From an uncultured Nitrososphaerota archaeon (GTDB lineage Archaea > Asgardarchaeota > Njordarchaeia > Njordarchaeales > Njordarchaeaceae), in assembly GCA_964518475.1 (NCBI GenBank), contig CAZFGR010000004.1:39675-103674 (forward strand): a DNA stretch of 64,000 nt, in the 5' to 3' direction. The number at the start of each line of letters is the position of its first letter. The first letter of the stretch is position 1. Made by a program: the position numbers and the translations under genes. The notes under the pieces are model-generated. The model worked only from the letters and a program-made list of their open reading frames with translations. It made no database searches and had not been told where the DNA came from. Shown here piece after piece: positions 31,127-41,827 of this stretch.

Positions 31127-32011
31127 ATGATTCATCTACTATATATCGCAAACGAGGATGGAACGCCAATATGGCATTTTGTCCATCCCAAGATTAGGGA
31201 AGACATCTTGGATAAGATCGCTGGCAAGGATCACGCTGCGATAACTAATCTCTTATACGCATTGGCCACTTTTGGATACGAGACATTGGGAACAAATTTA
31301 CAAGTGGTAGTTTTCGAAAATGCTAAAATAACATTCCGTTTCGTTAAAATGAATGAACGCAACCTCTTAGTAGTAGCAGTGATTGATTTACTAGATCATC
31401 CCTCTACCGTATGGCGGATACTGTCAAAATTCATCAAAAAGTGCAAGAATGATCTAGAGGCCCTAGCTAGGACTTCTGAGGAGTTAGTATCAACAAGTGA
31501 GTTAGAAAAGGCAAAGATACGATTAACCCGGACTCTTACAGAGTTATTAGAGGGGAGCATTAGGAAAATAATAGCCTTAGGCACTCGAGATTTTAAGAAT
31601 TTAACACTTGCGTTTTTCCTAGGGTTAATCTTCTATTTTGCAATGGTAGGTGTAACGTACTGGTTTTATAAATTTACAAGTATGGGTAATCAGATGTCTA
31701 CGTTTGCGGCTCTAGTATTTCTTCTAGATTTTCTTTTACCTGCAGTATTCATAGGTTGGGTCACTGGGTATTGGAAGGGAGCAATCATTAATAGTTTGAT
31801 AGTGATGGTAATAGCTCTAAACACCTTGGCAATAATTTGGTGGGATGCTTTAGTAGCTGTAGCTACGTACTTTTTCTCAGTTTCACCGCAAGCAGTTATA
31901 GTAGGGGTAGGGCTGGTAGGGGGTATCTTAGGAGGCGCCATGGGGTTATTAGCTGGTCTTATCGCGTGGTTGTTAGTTGAGAGACGAGTACTCGTCCCAC
32001 CTCTCCAATAA
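31127..32011 (+). CDS. Longin-like domain protein with 4 C-terminal TM helices
   Basis: 'IHLLYIANEDGTPIWHF' beta-hairpin start, helix, three strands, then helices: longin/sedlin-like topology. Confidence 0.55.
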   Translation: MIHLLYIANEDGTPIWHFVHPKIREDILDKIAGKDHAAITNLLYALATFGYETLGTNLQVVVFENAKITFRFVKMNERNLLVVAVIDLLDHPSTVWRILSKFIKKCKNDLEALARTSEELVSTSELEKAKIRLTRTLTELLEGSIRKIIALGTRDFKNLTLAFFLGLIFYFAMVGVTYWFYKFTSMGNQMSTFAALVFLLDFLLPAVFIGWVTGYWKGAIINSLIVMVIALNTLAIIWWDALVAVATYFFSVSPQAVIVGVGLVGGILGGAMGLLAGLIAWLLVERRVLVPPLQ

Positions 32012-32164
32012 TTTGCCAGTTTAGTAACGTTCTAACCCTCTTTTTTAATAAGATAACTAATTGGTGCCAGAACTAGGGGGTCCTGTTTGAGGTAAATATA
32101 TTTTTAGCTTCTAAATCTACTCAATCTCTATAATCTACCTACTTAGTATTAGTAGGGGATCTCA

Positions 32165-33415
32165 ATGTATCATCCTGGTGTTGCTGAGAATGTTGAGATA
32201 GTGTCAGGATCTGCTGAAATCCCGCTTTACATGCTTAATGATTATCTCAAAGAGTTCGCGGCTAGAATTGTAAGATTTGAGAAGCGAGGTAATCGCGTAG
32301 GGATTGTTTTGGATAGGACAGCATTTTATCCAGGTGGTGGTCATCAAGTTCACGATACAGGAGAGATCCAAGGCTCATCTTTTCGAGTACTTGTTGATGA
32401 AGTTAAGAAAGTTGGAAATGAGATAGTGCATTATGGAGTCTTAGAGGAGGGGGATGTGGAAGAGATAATGATTGGGGAGGAAGTCGTAGGGAGGATAAAT
32501 TGGGAGAGGAGATATCACATCATGAAGCTCCACACAGCTGAGCACATCTTCATGCATTTAATGGAAAAAGAAACTGGAGTCGCGCTTGAGAATGGACAGT
32601 TTGGGCCACAAGAAGGGATGATTGTTCTTTCCGACCGCGTAGACATAGATAGGATTCTAGATATTGAAAAAGAGGTAAACAAAATAATAAGAAAGAATCT
32701 TGCAGTGAAGCGAGTAATAAGAGACAATATTTCCGAGATAGTAATAGAGGGTTTGGGAAAAAAGAGGTGTGGGGGGACACATGTAAGGAGAACGGGAGAA
32801 ATAGGATTTTTCAAAATTCTCAGGATTCATGGAGAGAGAACTATCTGGTATAATGTAGGAGACCCTAGTATAGACTCCTTAATGAAGGATTTTAATGAAC
32901 TTATAAAAACAAGTAAAATTCTCGGAATTAGTCAAGTCGAGACGGAAAAAATAGTTAATAAGATCTCATCGATAGTGTCTGAAGCATCAAAACTAAGGGA
33001 AAACACGCGAATTTTTTCTCAGATCATAGCAGATCTGATCCTCAAGAATCCAGTAAGGGGTGAGAAAGAAATAGATAATAATATCTGGAGAATAATTTTT
33101 GTGGACATAGGCAAGAGCGTAGAGGGGAGAATCAAGGAACTTGAAGGAATCCTGAAGCACTTAGGAGAAAAACTGGAGAATGATCAAATAGCGGTTATTA
33201 AAGTATCAGACAATACAGTACTTTTAGTGAGTAAGCGGAAAAAGAGAATTGTGAGACGTGTTAGGGATTTGATCAATAATATAATAAATAAGATGAAAAA
33301 GTATAATATGATAGAGGGCGAGATAGTCATAAGTGGGGTGAGCGGATCAACAATGCTCATTTTCAAAACACCCAAGGATCTTAGTAAGTTTCTTAATGAG
33401 TTACTCCCAAGCTAG
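32165..33415 (+). CDS. AlaX-type tRNA editing protein with long C-terminal extension
   Basis: 'DRTAFYPGGG', 'HTAEH', 'CGGTH'. Confidence 0.85.
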   Translation: MYHPGVAENVEIVSGSAEIPLYMLNDYLKEFAARIVRFEKRGNRVGIVLDRTAFYPGGGHQVHDTGEIQGSSFRVLVDEVKKVGNEIVHYGVLEEGDVEEIMIGEEVVGRINWERRYHIMKLHTAEHIFMHLMEKETGVALENGQFGPQEGMIVLSDRVDIDRILDIEKEVNKIIRKNLAVKRVIRDNISEIVIEGLGKKRCGGTHVRRTGEIGFFKILRIHGERTIWYNVGDPSIDSLMKDFNELIKTSKILGISQVETEKIVNKISSIVSEASKLRENTRIFSQIIADLILKNPVRGEKEIDNNIWRIIFVDIGKSVEGRIKELEGILKHLGEKLENDQIAVIKVSDNTVLLVSKRKKRIVRRVRDLINNIINKMKKYNMIEGEIVISGVSGSTMLIFKTPKDLSKFLNELLPS

Positions 33416-33544
33416 ATCTCTCAGGAACGATTTCCTCACTCCTCTCCTAATATTTAGTTTTATCTATGTCTACAGCATTAATTACTGAGAAAAGATTTTA
33501 AATAATCAGCTACGTATTTTAAGCAAGTCTATCAGTCACCGATT

Positions 33545-34387
33545 ATGTTGATCTATCCGTTGGTGTCAGAGATGAGAATAGGTAAGCCCGAAAAATTCCT
33601 GATAGGAGCAACAAGTGTTCTGGCAATATTAACAATCCTATTCATAACTTTCCCTGAATTAGGGATATTATTCAGTGGTTTCAACGAAACTTGGCTTTAC
33701 GGAGATTTCCAAGCTAGAAACCCTGCATCAATATACTTTTTCGTAGGATTGATAACGTTTATAGGAAATGCGGGAATATTCACCTCGATTCCTTATGCAG
33801 CAGTCATAGTCATGGCTGCTGCTCGTAATGATGTTAATCCCTACATTCTGACGGTTATAGCCATGTTATCTGCTGGAATTGGAGAAATGACTGGATACTT
33901 ACTTGGGGCTATTGGAAGAAAGTTTTTAGAAAAGAGAGGAGATAGCTACCTAAAGAAAATTGAAACATTTAAGTACCTGGCGGAGAATAAGCGATATATT
34001 CTATATCTTCTTGTCATTTTAGTAACAGCTACACCGTTGCCAGATGATATAGTGTTTATCCCCCTTGGTTTAATAGGTTTTAGTTTACCAAAGACTATGA
34101 TTGCATCAATAATTGGTAAAGGAGTATTGGTAGCTCTCTTAATATTCGGCGGGAAAGCAATCTCTAAGTTTTTTACATTGGCCCGTGAAATAAGCTCGTA
34201 TGCATGGGTTGATGACATAATAGTCTACTCAATCATTGTTCTGGGAGTATACTTTTTCATGAAAATAGACTTTAACAAGTTAGCACGATTAATTGAGGAA
34301 AAATTAGGAATGAAAATACCCACAAGCGAGGAGGAGGAAAAAACAGCTATCATGTCTGGGAGTGGCAAAAATAAAGTATGTGGATGA
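33545..34387 (+). CDS. DedA/VTT domain membrane protein
   Basis: 'GIGEMTGYLLG..GR', 'ATPLPDD', 'IGK'. Confidence 0.85.
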   Translation: MLIYPLVSEMRIGKPEKFLIGATSVLAILTILFITFPELGILFSGFNETWLYGDFQARNPASIYFFVGLITFIGNAGIFTSIPYAAVIVMAAARNDVNPYILTVIAMLSAGIGEMTGYLLGAIGRKFLEKRGDSYLKKIETFKYLAENKRYILYLLVILVTATPLPDDIVFIPLGLIGFSLPKTMIASIIGKGVLVALLIFGGKAISKFFTLAREISSYAWVDDIIVYSIIVLGVYFFMKIDFNKLARLIEEKLGMKIPTSEEEEKTAIMSGSGKNKVCG

Positions 34388-34411
34388 GAAAACATAACGG
34401 AGTAAAGCTTT

Positions 34412-34873
34412 TTATTCCTCTCTCCCCTCTGTCTCCTCCTCTTTCTCTATAGGAAGGACGACATCTACACGTTTCCACATTTCTGGTCTAGTGAGTATTG
34501 CTCCTAGAACACCGTTCAATAAGTTTTCGTCTTCTTTGACCGCTGTTGCGTATTCTGTAGGCCATATACCTACTAAAACTCCCCCCATAAAAAGGAAACC
34601 GAAGGGTAAGTCTTTCTTGTCTAGACATAGAATTATCCAAGCTATTTCTAAATTGGATAAATCTTTTCTTTCCTCCGGTGGTGAAACATTCTTTATATTA
34701 ACTATGAGATGAAAATTATCTTTCTCATCAATTAATTCTCTAAGCTTATCAACAACTTCCTCCTTTATTCCTAAGTAGTCTCCGAGAATACTTTTTACAT
34801 CTGTAAAAGCGAGTTCAAAATCACTTTCGGGTTCTGGGCTACTACCTGCGAAAAGAACTTTCCATTCTTGCAT
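34412..34873 (-). CDS. Hypothetical acidic protein
   Basis: 153-aa ORF with SD-like GGAGTTGA upstream; no motif recognised. Confidence 0.65.
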   Translation of the reverse strand: MQEWKVLFAGSSPEPESDFELAFTDVKSILGDYLGIKEEVVDKLRELIDEKDNFHLIVNIKNVSPPEERKDLSNLEIAWIILCLDKKDLPFGFLFMGGVLVGIWPTEYATAVKEDENLLNGVLGAILTRPEMWKRVDVVLPIEKEEETEGREE

Positions 34874-34900
34874 TTCATCAACTCCATATTAGATAGGGAG

Positions 34901-34932
34901 AACTAGTCCTCCGACGGGGGATCATCCTAGTT
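34901..34932 (-). promoter_or_regulatory. Kink-turn hairpin in the 5' leader (candidate L7Ae site)
   Basis: AACUAG-GAU-GA-UCCCCCGUCGGAG-GA-CUAGUU: 6-bp C-stem, 3-nt bulge, tandem G.A pairs; TATA (TTTTATATA) about 28 nt upstream. Confidence 0.55.
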
Positions 34933-35013
34933 CTTTTTAAGAAGTAAATATTCCGATGGTATATAAAAGTTAAAGTATTGTAACATGGGACTTAGAGGTG
35001 AAGAAATGGGGAA

Positions 35014-36370
35014 TTATGTAGGAAAATTTAGCATGTGCAGTAAACTAAATAGTTCATCCTTTATACCATCTTTATTCGTGTTGTAGTATTCCTCTAATGT
35101 ACAAGCGTATACTATTGCTGTCTTTTTATATTTCGGAAAATAGGCTACGAAGAAGAAACCTTTGATAGTTATCATTTTGAAGTTTTCATCAGCGACATCC
35201 GAGTGAGTATACATGCTACCTATCATTAGCCATCCTTCAACACCATTTACTATGTGTTTCTTAAATTCTTCCTCACTTTTCACAGCTGTATATGGGTGAG
35301 GATCCCCGTGCTGCGCTAGCCAGAAGTTCTGATCTATTATGGCGAATTTATATATCGCATCTTTCACAACACTTATGTCTTCTTCAGAGTACCACTTACC
35401 ATCCACCCAATAAATTCCGAACCATGCTTGGTAATACTTGCTTTCTGGATTCTCTCTCCTCAGGTACTAGATAATAGTAATTCGTGCCATGAGCTCCTAG
35501 GGGTAACCAGACATAATCCATCTTAACAATGGTTAATTCCCAAGGAGAAATATTCCTTGGAACTATCGGTGCTAAAAGAATTTTCTCGTGACTCGTAGAA
35601 ATTATAGGCAGGTATAAAAGCTCCTAGTAGAACGAGCAAGAAAACTATAAATGGCGCAATATTTCTTCGCGATATACGCACAAGTGGGCAGGCTGGAGCT
35701 CCTCTAGTGTATCCAAGGATAATTACGAGCAGGACTAATAGGGATAATAGTGCGTCTCCTCCATAAGTAATGGTTGCTCTGGGGATATCCGTGTAAGGGA
35801 TTATGTTTGGTTCGAGGAAATTAAACATGATGAGGGCGTATGAATCAAATTCTAGAAGCATATACACTATGGGGGTTAGGAGGTAGAGCATAACCATACT
35901 GTATCGGCTTCTGACAATCCTAGCTAGTTTTTGGACTTTTATAGTATATGGAACAGAGAATAATACTCCTAGTAGAAGGAATATTAGGAATAATACCCTT
36001 CCAGTTAGTCCTGGAAAATCTAGTGAGAATGTAAGGCCTATGAGCGTGAGGGTTATAAACCAAGAAAACTCTATGATTCCCCTTAGAACTCTTCTACCAA
36101 TCATGGTATCTGTTAAACCACCAACAATTATTGCAAAGATTACGTATGGTGGTAACCTGAGAAGCGCTATCGGGTCATTTATCACGAAGAAGTGGAAAGC
36201 TATTATTAGAAACGCTTGTATAATTGTGTACCAAAAACCAAGGAAGAATGCTGTTAGATAGATACCGATTTTATCAAGGTAGACTCCTAGAAAAGGTGTG
36301 AAAACACATCTTGAAAGACCAGATAGAATGATGAATGAGAGCAAAATCAAAATTTTTTAAGTTTTTCCAT
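35014..36370 (-). pseudogene. Single multi-TM protein with C-terminal extracellular domain, split by three frameshifts
   Basis: ATG at 36370; shifts at a T-run (about 36350), an A-run (about 35582) and a GA repeat (about 35455) join the 275-aa and 130-aa ORFs through 'ILLAPIVPRNISPWELTIVKMDYVWLPLGAHGTNYYYLVPE'. Confidence 0.65.
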
Positions 36371-36558
36371 ACAAACTACCCTATTTGCAGCATAATGTCG
36401 TAACTATTAAACACTAACTTTTTTATAAGCCTAACGACAATCCCTTTATCAGGAGAGAGATTGCTTAGAATCCCTTTACGGTTTTAATCCCTAAATACTC
36501 ATTATCTAGCCAGCATTAAAAAGAGACTTTAAACAATTGATCATAGGCGTGATTCATA

Positions 36559-37728
36559 ATGGCTGTGGTCTCAGAGACCATAGTCACATTATACCTCTTC
36601 GGAGTGACCCTGGGAGTCGCCTTATTCGTATCCGAAATATTTAGACGATTAGAGTTGTCGGAAGTCGTTGGCCAAGTGCTTGTAGGCATTATCTTGGGAC
36701 CCTACGTACTACGGGTTCTCCATCCTAACGAAATTTTTGAGTTTATATCGGAGCTTGGTGCTATAATTCTTCTTTTCATAGCAGGGCTAGAGACGGATAT
36801 TAAAGAACTTGCTAGGAGTAGTCTAGCAGCGGGTTTACTCGCTGTATTCGGGATTATCCTATCTTTCTTTCCAGCTTTCATAGTTATTTATCCCCTGACA
36901 GGAAACGCTGTTCTTGCCTTTTATATATCTGCGGCATTATGTGCCACTAGCGTGGGTATAACAGTTAGAGTATTCGCGGAATTCGGTAAGCTTAGGACTA
37001 GGGAGGCACAAACAATAATTGCCGCGGCTGTTATTGATGACGTAATCTCCGTATTTCTCTTGACCTTGGGAATCAATTTTATAACGGCGAAAACACTAGG
37101 TTTTCATGAAATATTCAATATAGTGTGGTCAATGATAGTATTCTTCTTATCAATGCTCGGTCTTAGCGTTATAATTACGTCTCGTGTTGTGCCTAAGCTA
37201 TGGCAACTGAAAGTCCGTGGAGCAGCTTTAATTTTTAGTATAACATTGGCTATCCTTGCGGGTTACGCAGCAGCACAAATAGGGCTTTCCCCAATTATTG
37301 GAGCATACATTGCTGGTCTAATGCTTGCGGAAACAGGGCTTAAAGACGAGCTCTTGACAGAGGTTGCTCCCATAGCATTTATAACGGTTCCAGTCTTCTT
37401 AGTCAATATAGGTCTTAAGATTAATGTCTACGCACTTTTCAAAGCAATATTCCTCGGAACTATTTTATCGGTGATCGCTATTCTTGGAAAAGCACTAAGT
37501 GGTTACCCCGCAGTTAAGGTTATTCGGGATGAGGATAAACCCTCGCCTCTAATTCTGGGAATTGGCATGGTGCCTAGGGGAGAGGTTGGTTTTATATTCG
37601 CTACTATTGGTCTATCTTTTGGAGTGCTTAATGATTATTGGTACGCAAACCTCGTATATGTTATTCTAGTTACAACATTTATAGCTCCCCTATTATTAAA
37701 ATACTTATTAGAGGGGGAGGAGGTATAG
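36559..37728 (+). CDS. Cation:proton antiporter (CPA2/NapA-like)
   Basis: 'LLFIAGLETD', 'ATSVG', 'AAVIDDV', 'GMVPRGEV'. Confidence 0.93.
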   Translation: MAVVSETIVTLYLFGVTLGVALFVSEIFRRLELSEVVGQVLVGIILGPYVLRVLHPNEIFEFISELGAIILLFIAGLETDIKELARSSLAAGLLAVFGIILSFFPAFIVIYPLTGNAVLAFYISAALCATSVGITVRVFAEFGKLRTREAQTIIAAAVIDDVISVFLLTLGINFITAKTLGFHEIFNIVWSMIVFFLSMLGLSVIITSRVVPKLWQLKVRGAALIFSITLAILAGYAAAQIGLSPIIGAYIAGLMLAETGLKDELLTEVAPIAFITVPVFLVNIGLKINVYALFKAIFLGTILSVIAILGKALSGYPAVKVIRDEDKPSPLILGIGMVPRGEVGFIFATIGLSFGVLNDYWYANLVYVILVTTFIAPLLLKYLLEGEEV

Positions 37729-37729
37729 C

Positions 37730-38083
37730 ATGAGTGAAATAATAGAAACGACAATCAAGGATATTTTAGCGAATCCAGAAAAGTTCGCGGGTAAAAAGAT
37801 AATGGTGAGAGCAAGAATAACATTCCTCGGAAAAACCCCCAGAGGCCCTACATACTCTATAAATCTCCCAGAGGAAGAAGAATTCGACGTAGCTCTACTA
37901 AAGTGCGATGGCGAAGAAGTTCTCTGCTATGGTCTAGAAGACCTACCGTTCGAAGAGTACAACAATAAGGAAGTTATAGTGATCGGTCGCGTGGTTATAA
38001 AAGGTGGTTCTGTAGGAATAAAAGTTCAGGACATAAAGCTAGTAGAAGAGGGCGAGAAAAGCGAAGAAAAGTGTAAACAATAG
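37730..38083 (+). CDS. Small OB-fold-like protein
   Basis: 'TIKDILANPEKFAGKKIMVRA...VIVIGRV' pattern. Confidence 0.6.
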   Translation: MSEIIETTIKDILANPEKFAGKKIMVRARITFLGKTPRGPTYSINLPEEEEFDVALLKCDGEEVLCYGLEDLPFEEYNNKEVIVIGRVVIKGGSVGIKVQDIKLVEEGEKSEEKCKQ

Positions 38084-38135
38084 GGCGAAAAGAAATAAAA
38101 AAAGCCTAACTATAATACAAGCGGATACTGGAGCT

Positions 38136-39037
38136 GTGGAAGTTGGTAAAAACGAGTTACTTACTGCTAGAAAAGTACTAGTGACAACTCTGATAGCTAG
38201 TTCCACTCTCCTAGGGATAAAAACGTATTTATACATCCTGACGGGCTCTATCACGGTACTGGCGTACATGATGGACTCTTTATATGACGTTATAAACGAT
38301 GCTGTTAGTGTATGGGCCATCAACAGAGCACTAGAACCACCCGATAAGGATCATCCCTATGGTCATGAAAATTTGAGGCCTAAGCACGATTATTCGTAGG
38401 GGTATTACTAATATTTACGGCGTTAGAAATTGGCTTAAGTAGCGTGCTAGCAATATTATCAGGGGGTAGGGAACTAGAAATTGCTGGTATAACACTTAAT
38501 ATCCTCCTCCTGTTGTTTCTGATGTATGTTCTGGTAGCCCTAGTGGATTATATATTCTATAAGAGGACGAGAATAAAGCTCTTAGAAGCCTCGGCTTGGC
38601 ACTATATAACAGATCCATTATTGACAATAGTAATAGTAGTTATGATTTCTGTGGTTGTGTCGATGGGGGGTCTCTACATAGTAGACCCTATCATAGCATT
38701 AGTTATGTGTTTCGTCATAGGGTATGGGGATTTCAAACGGTCTCTGGAGAATCTCTCGTCTTAATGGATGCCCAAGCCATAGATCCAGAGATTATTAAAC
38801 ATAGAATATTGCAGAAATTCGCACCAACCGTCAAGGATTGCCACGATATAAAAACCCGTACAGACGGCTTTGGATGTTACCTAGAGCTTCATGTCTTGGT
38901 TGATCCAAGTATTACAGTACGGGAAGCACATGATGTTGCGGAGGAGATAGAGAATTATCTCAAAGAGTTTTTCAGGTAAACAATTAAAGAGTATAACTAT
39001 TCATGTTGAACCCTACGAACAGCTCAATGAGGAATAG
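38136..39037 (+). pseudogene. Cation diffusion facilitator (FieF-like), disrupted
   Basis: 'DSLYD', 'PPDKDHPYGH', 'HYITD', 'HDIKTR', 'ELHVLVDP..TVREAHDVAE', 'IHVEP' spread over several reading frames; frameshifts plus an in-frame TAA. Confidence 0.85.
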
Positions 39038-39097
39038 GTAGGTTTACAATTTATATAATATCAATAATGATGAATTCCAAAAGTAAATTCTCTGAAG

Positions 39098-39719
39098 GTG
39101 ACGGTATTGTTTGAAGAAGCTATTAAGAAGTACTATGAGATGAAGTCTAAAAAGTTGTTGGAGAAATTAGAGAAAAGAGGGTGGACTACATTCTTTGCTA
39201 ATGATCGGGAAGAAGCGAGGAATAAAGTGCTAGAGATAATTCCCAACACTAACTACAAGACAATAGGTATCCCAGGATCCGTAACTATTAGACAGCTTGC
39301 ATTGATTGAGGAGCTTGAGAAAAAAAGGTTACAAAGTGATTCAGCACTGGTTACCAATTAGTCCAGCTGAGAAAAATAAGCTTAGAGTTGAGGAAACAAG
39401 GGCCGATGTTTTTATTCATAGTGCGAACGCTATCACATTGGACGGTGAAATAATTATTGCAGACATGTTCGGCAATAGAGTTGTTGGGAGCACGCTTGGG
39501 CCAAAAATGCTGATATTTGTAATAGGAGTCAATAAGATAGTAAATGGCTTAGAGGAAGGATTCCGAAGGATAAAGGAGTACGCATCACAGGTAAATGCTA
39601 TTAGGTTGGGTCTTGACCCGAAAGGAGAATATGACTATATGTTGTTGATTCTGAAAAGAAAGCCTCCTCTGATAGAAAAAGGCTATGTGATACTAGTCAA
39701 TGAACAACTCGGATTCTGA
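39098..39719 (+). pseudogene. LUD domain (LutC/YkgG-like) protein, +1 frameshift in A7 run
   Basis: 'PGSVTIRQL' then 'ADVFIHSANAITLDGE..D.FGNRV...IGVNKIV'; EKKGY is broken at 39320-39326. Confidence 0.8.
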
Positions 39720-39741
39720 TTCCTAACTTTATCCATGGGGC

Positions 39742-40671
39742 GTGAGGATGAAAATAGCCCTAGTAAATCCCTTAGCTGGATATGGCAGAGCAATGATAGC
39801 TCTTAGGAGAATCAGAAAGTTCCTTTCTCATTTAAAGGCTAGAATAAGAATCTTAAAACCTCATGAATCAATAAGAGAAATGATTTCGGGAATTGGTGAG
39901 CCTGAATATCTCATCGTGATTGGGGGAGATGGAACTGTTAGATCAGCTGTTGATGCTTTGCTCGGAAGAGGCTTAAAGAATGTGATCCTAGTACCATATT
40001 TGGGAGGCTCGGGAGGAGAGCTTTCCCATTACGCCAACCTATTATCACCAGAAAACCTAAGAGAAGCTTTTCTTCATGGAAATGTGGAAGACATCGATGT
40101 CTATAGAACTGAGGTAGAGCTAAGTAATGGTGAGAAGAGACGGCTAATATTCGTAGCTAATTTACAGATAGGGCATTTTGCGCAGGGAATTAAGGAAACA
40201 CCGGGGATATCAAAAAGAATTTTAGGAAGTCAAGGTTACATGATAGGGGTTATGAAAGCAATTATGAAAAGAGTCAATAAATATGTCACTGTTTCTTCGA
40301 GGAATTTTTCATTTAGTGGATTTATATATACTATACACTTTGGAAACACGTCTACAACGAGAGGAGGAGTCCCAGTAGCGCCTCTTGCTAATCCTATGGA
40401 TGGTAAACTAGATATGATGCTGGCTAAGGCTATTTCTAGAAGAGAAGCTATCAGAGCATTACCCAGCGTTCTTAGAGGGAAGCACTTATCTCATTACGCA
40501 GTTATTTATAAACAGTTTTCTCACCCTGTTATGATTAGTCTTGATAATGATCATGTAGCAGTGGATGGGGAGTACCTAGGACTAGCGAAGAGTGTTAGAA
40601 TAGAAGCTGTTGGTAAGATAAAACTCTTATGCAATAAGAGAAAACTGGAAGGATCTGGGGGATCTATTTGA
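39742..40671 (+). CDS. Diacylglycerol/lipid kinase family (YegS/DgkB-like)
   Basis: 'VNPLAG', 'GGDGTV', 'APLANPMDGKLD', 'VDGE'. Confidence 0.88.
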   Translation: MRMKIALVNPLAGYGRAMIALRRIRKFLSHLKARIRILKPHESIREMISGIGEPEYLIVIGGDGTVRSAVDALLGRGLKNVILVPYLGGSGGELSHYANLLSPENLREAFLHGNVEDIDVYRTEVELSNGEKRRLIFVANLQIGHFAQGIKETPGISKRILGSQGYMIGVMKAIMKRVNKYVTVSSRNFSFSGFIYTIHFGNTSTTRGGVPVAPLANPMDGKLDMMLAKAISRREAIRALPSVLRGKHLSHYAVIYKQFSHPVMISLDNDHVAVDGEYLGLAKSVRIEAVGKIKLLCNKRKLEGSGGSI

Positions 40672-41825
40672 GTGCGCAACTAACTGTCCTTCTAGTATTC
40701 ATAATCGCGTCTTTCAATGGTCCATTTGGGGGGAATATGGTTCTTCCCTTATTTAGGAATATACAGGAAAGCTTCCAAACGACGAAACTTGTTGTTAATC
40801 TCACGGTTACTCTTTATATGATACCTTTTAGCATTCTCCAGATATTTTCTGGAGTAATGAGTGACCTATTCTATGGAAGAAAAAGAGTTGTGATTACTGG
40901 CTCTCTCCTGTATACCCTCGGCTCTCTAATCGCTTTCTACTCTGAAAACATTTTAGCATTTCTCTTCTCAAGAGCATTACAGGGTATCGGCTCAGCTTTT
41001 ATAGTGCCTATCACAATGGCTATGATAGGTGATTTTTTCGGCCCAGAGAAGAGAGGAAAAATTATGGGTCTTGGAGCGTTGGCTACCACATTAGGAGCTA
41101 CTCTAGGACCACTAGTTGGAGGATATGTCAGCTTAATTAACTGGCGATTATCCTTCGCATTAATGGCTCTATTCGGGGTATTCATCCTAGTTACTTCCCT
41201 ATTAATGCCCGAAAAGGGTAGAGAAGGAACTACCTTTTCGAACCTATGGGTAACGATTAGTACGGGTCTGTCGGATCCAAGGGTTCTATCAATAGGTTTT
41301 CTCGGAATGATGATTTTCTTCACTAGAATGAGTATTTTTACGTTCCTATCAAATACCGTATTGTATCCTCCCTATAATCTCCCATCGTATCTCTGGGGCT
41401 CTTACCTGTTTTTCGCAGGCCTAGGTGGAATGGTCGCGGGCGTTCTTGCCGGGTTTCTCACTGATGTATTAGGTAGAAAGAGAGTGGCAGTAATTGGTTT
41501 TACTTTCTTAGTTATGGCGATCCTATCCTACATGCTACTCAACTGGTTCATGATCCTGCCAATCCTCCTAGTACTACAAGCTTTTCTATCAACCTTTGCC
41601 ATGACTCCACTCAATACTCTTGCTGTCGAAATCAATCCACGACTAAGAGGTACCGTATCGGCCCTTTATGGATCAATGAGATTTTTGGGATATGCTCTAG
41701 CACCCGTAGTACCATATCCTCTATACGCCATTTACGGTATTTACGCTGTATTTGCTCTAGACTTCGTATTAGCTTTTATAGGATTAATTATTTTCAGCTT
41801 AGTATTCAAAGAGAATAGTCTATAG
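40668..41825 (+). CDS. MFS transporter (DHA-like)
   Basis: 'GVMSDLFYGRKRV', 'SRALQGIG', 'GPLVGG'. Confidence 0.92.
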   Translation: MSAQLTVLLVFIIASFNGPFGGNMVLPLFRNIQESFQTTKLVVNLTVTLYMIPFSILQIFSGVMSDLFYGRKRVVITGSLLYTLGSLIAFYSENILAFLFSRALQGIGSAFIVPITMAMIGDFFGPEKRGKIMGLGALATTLGATLGPLVGGYVSLINWRLSFALMALFGVFILVTSLLMPEKGREGTTFSNLWVTISTGLSDPRVLSIGFLGMMIFFTRMSIFTFLSNTVLYPPYNLPSYLWGSYLFFAGLGGMVAGVLAGFLTDVLGRKRVAVIGFTFLVMAILSYMLLNWFMILPILLVLQAFLSTFAMTPLNTLAVEINPRLRGTVSALYGSMRFLGYALAPVVPYPLYAIYGIYAVFALDFVLAFIGLIIFSLVFKENSL

Positions 41826-41827
41826 CA

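Noticed and set aside
39067-39095. Second C/D box sRNA (ATGATGA...CTGA)
   Set aside because: Only 29 nt, AT-rich, no internal D'/C' boxes.
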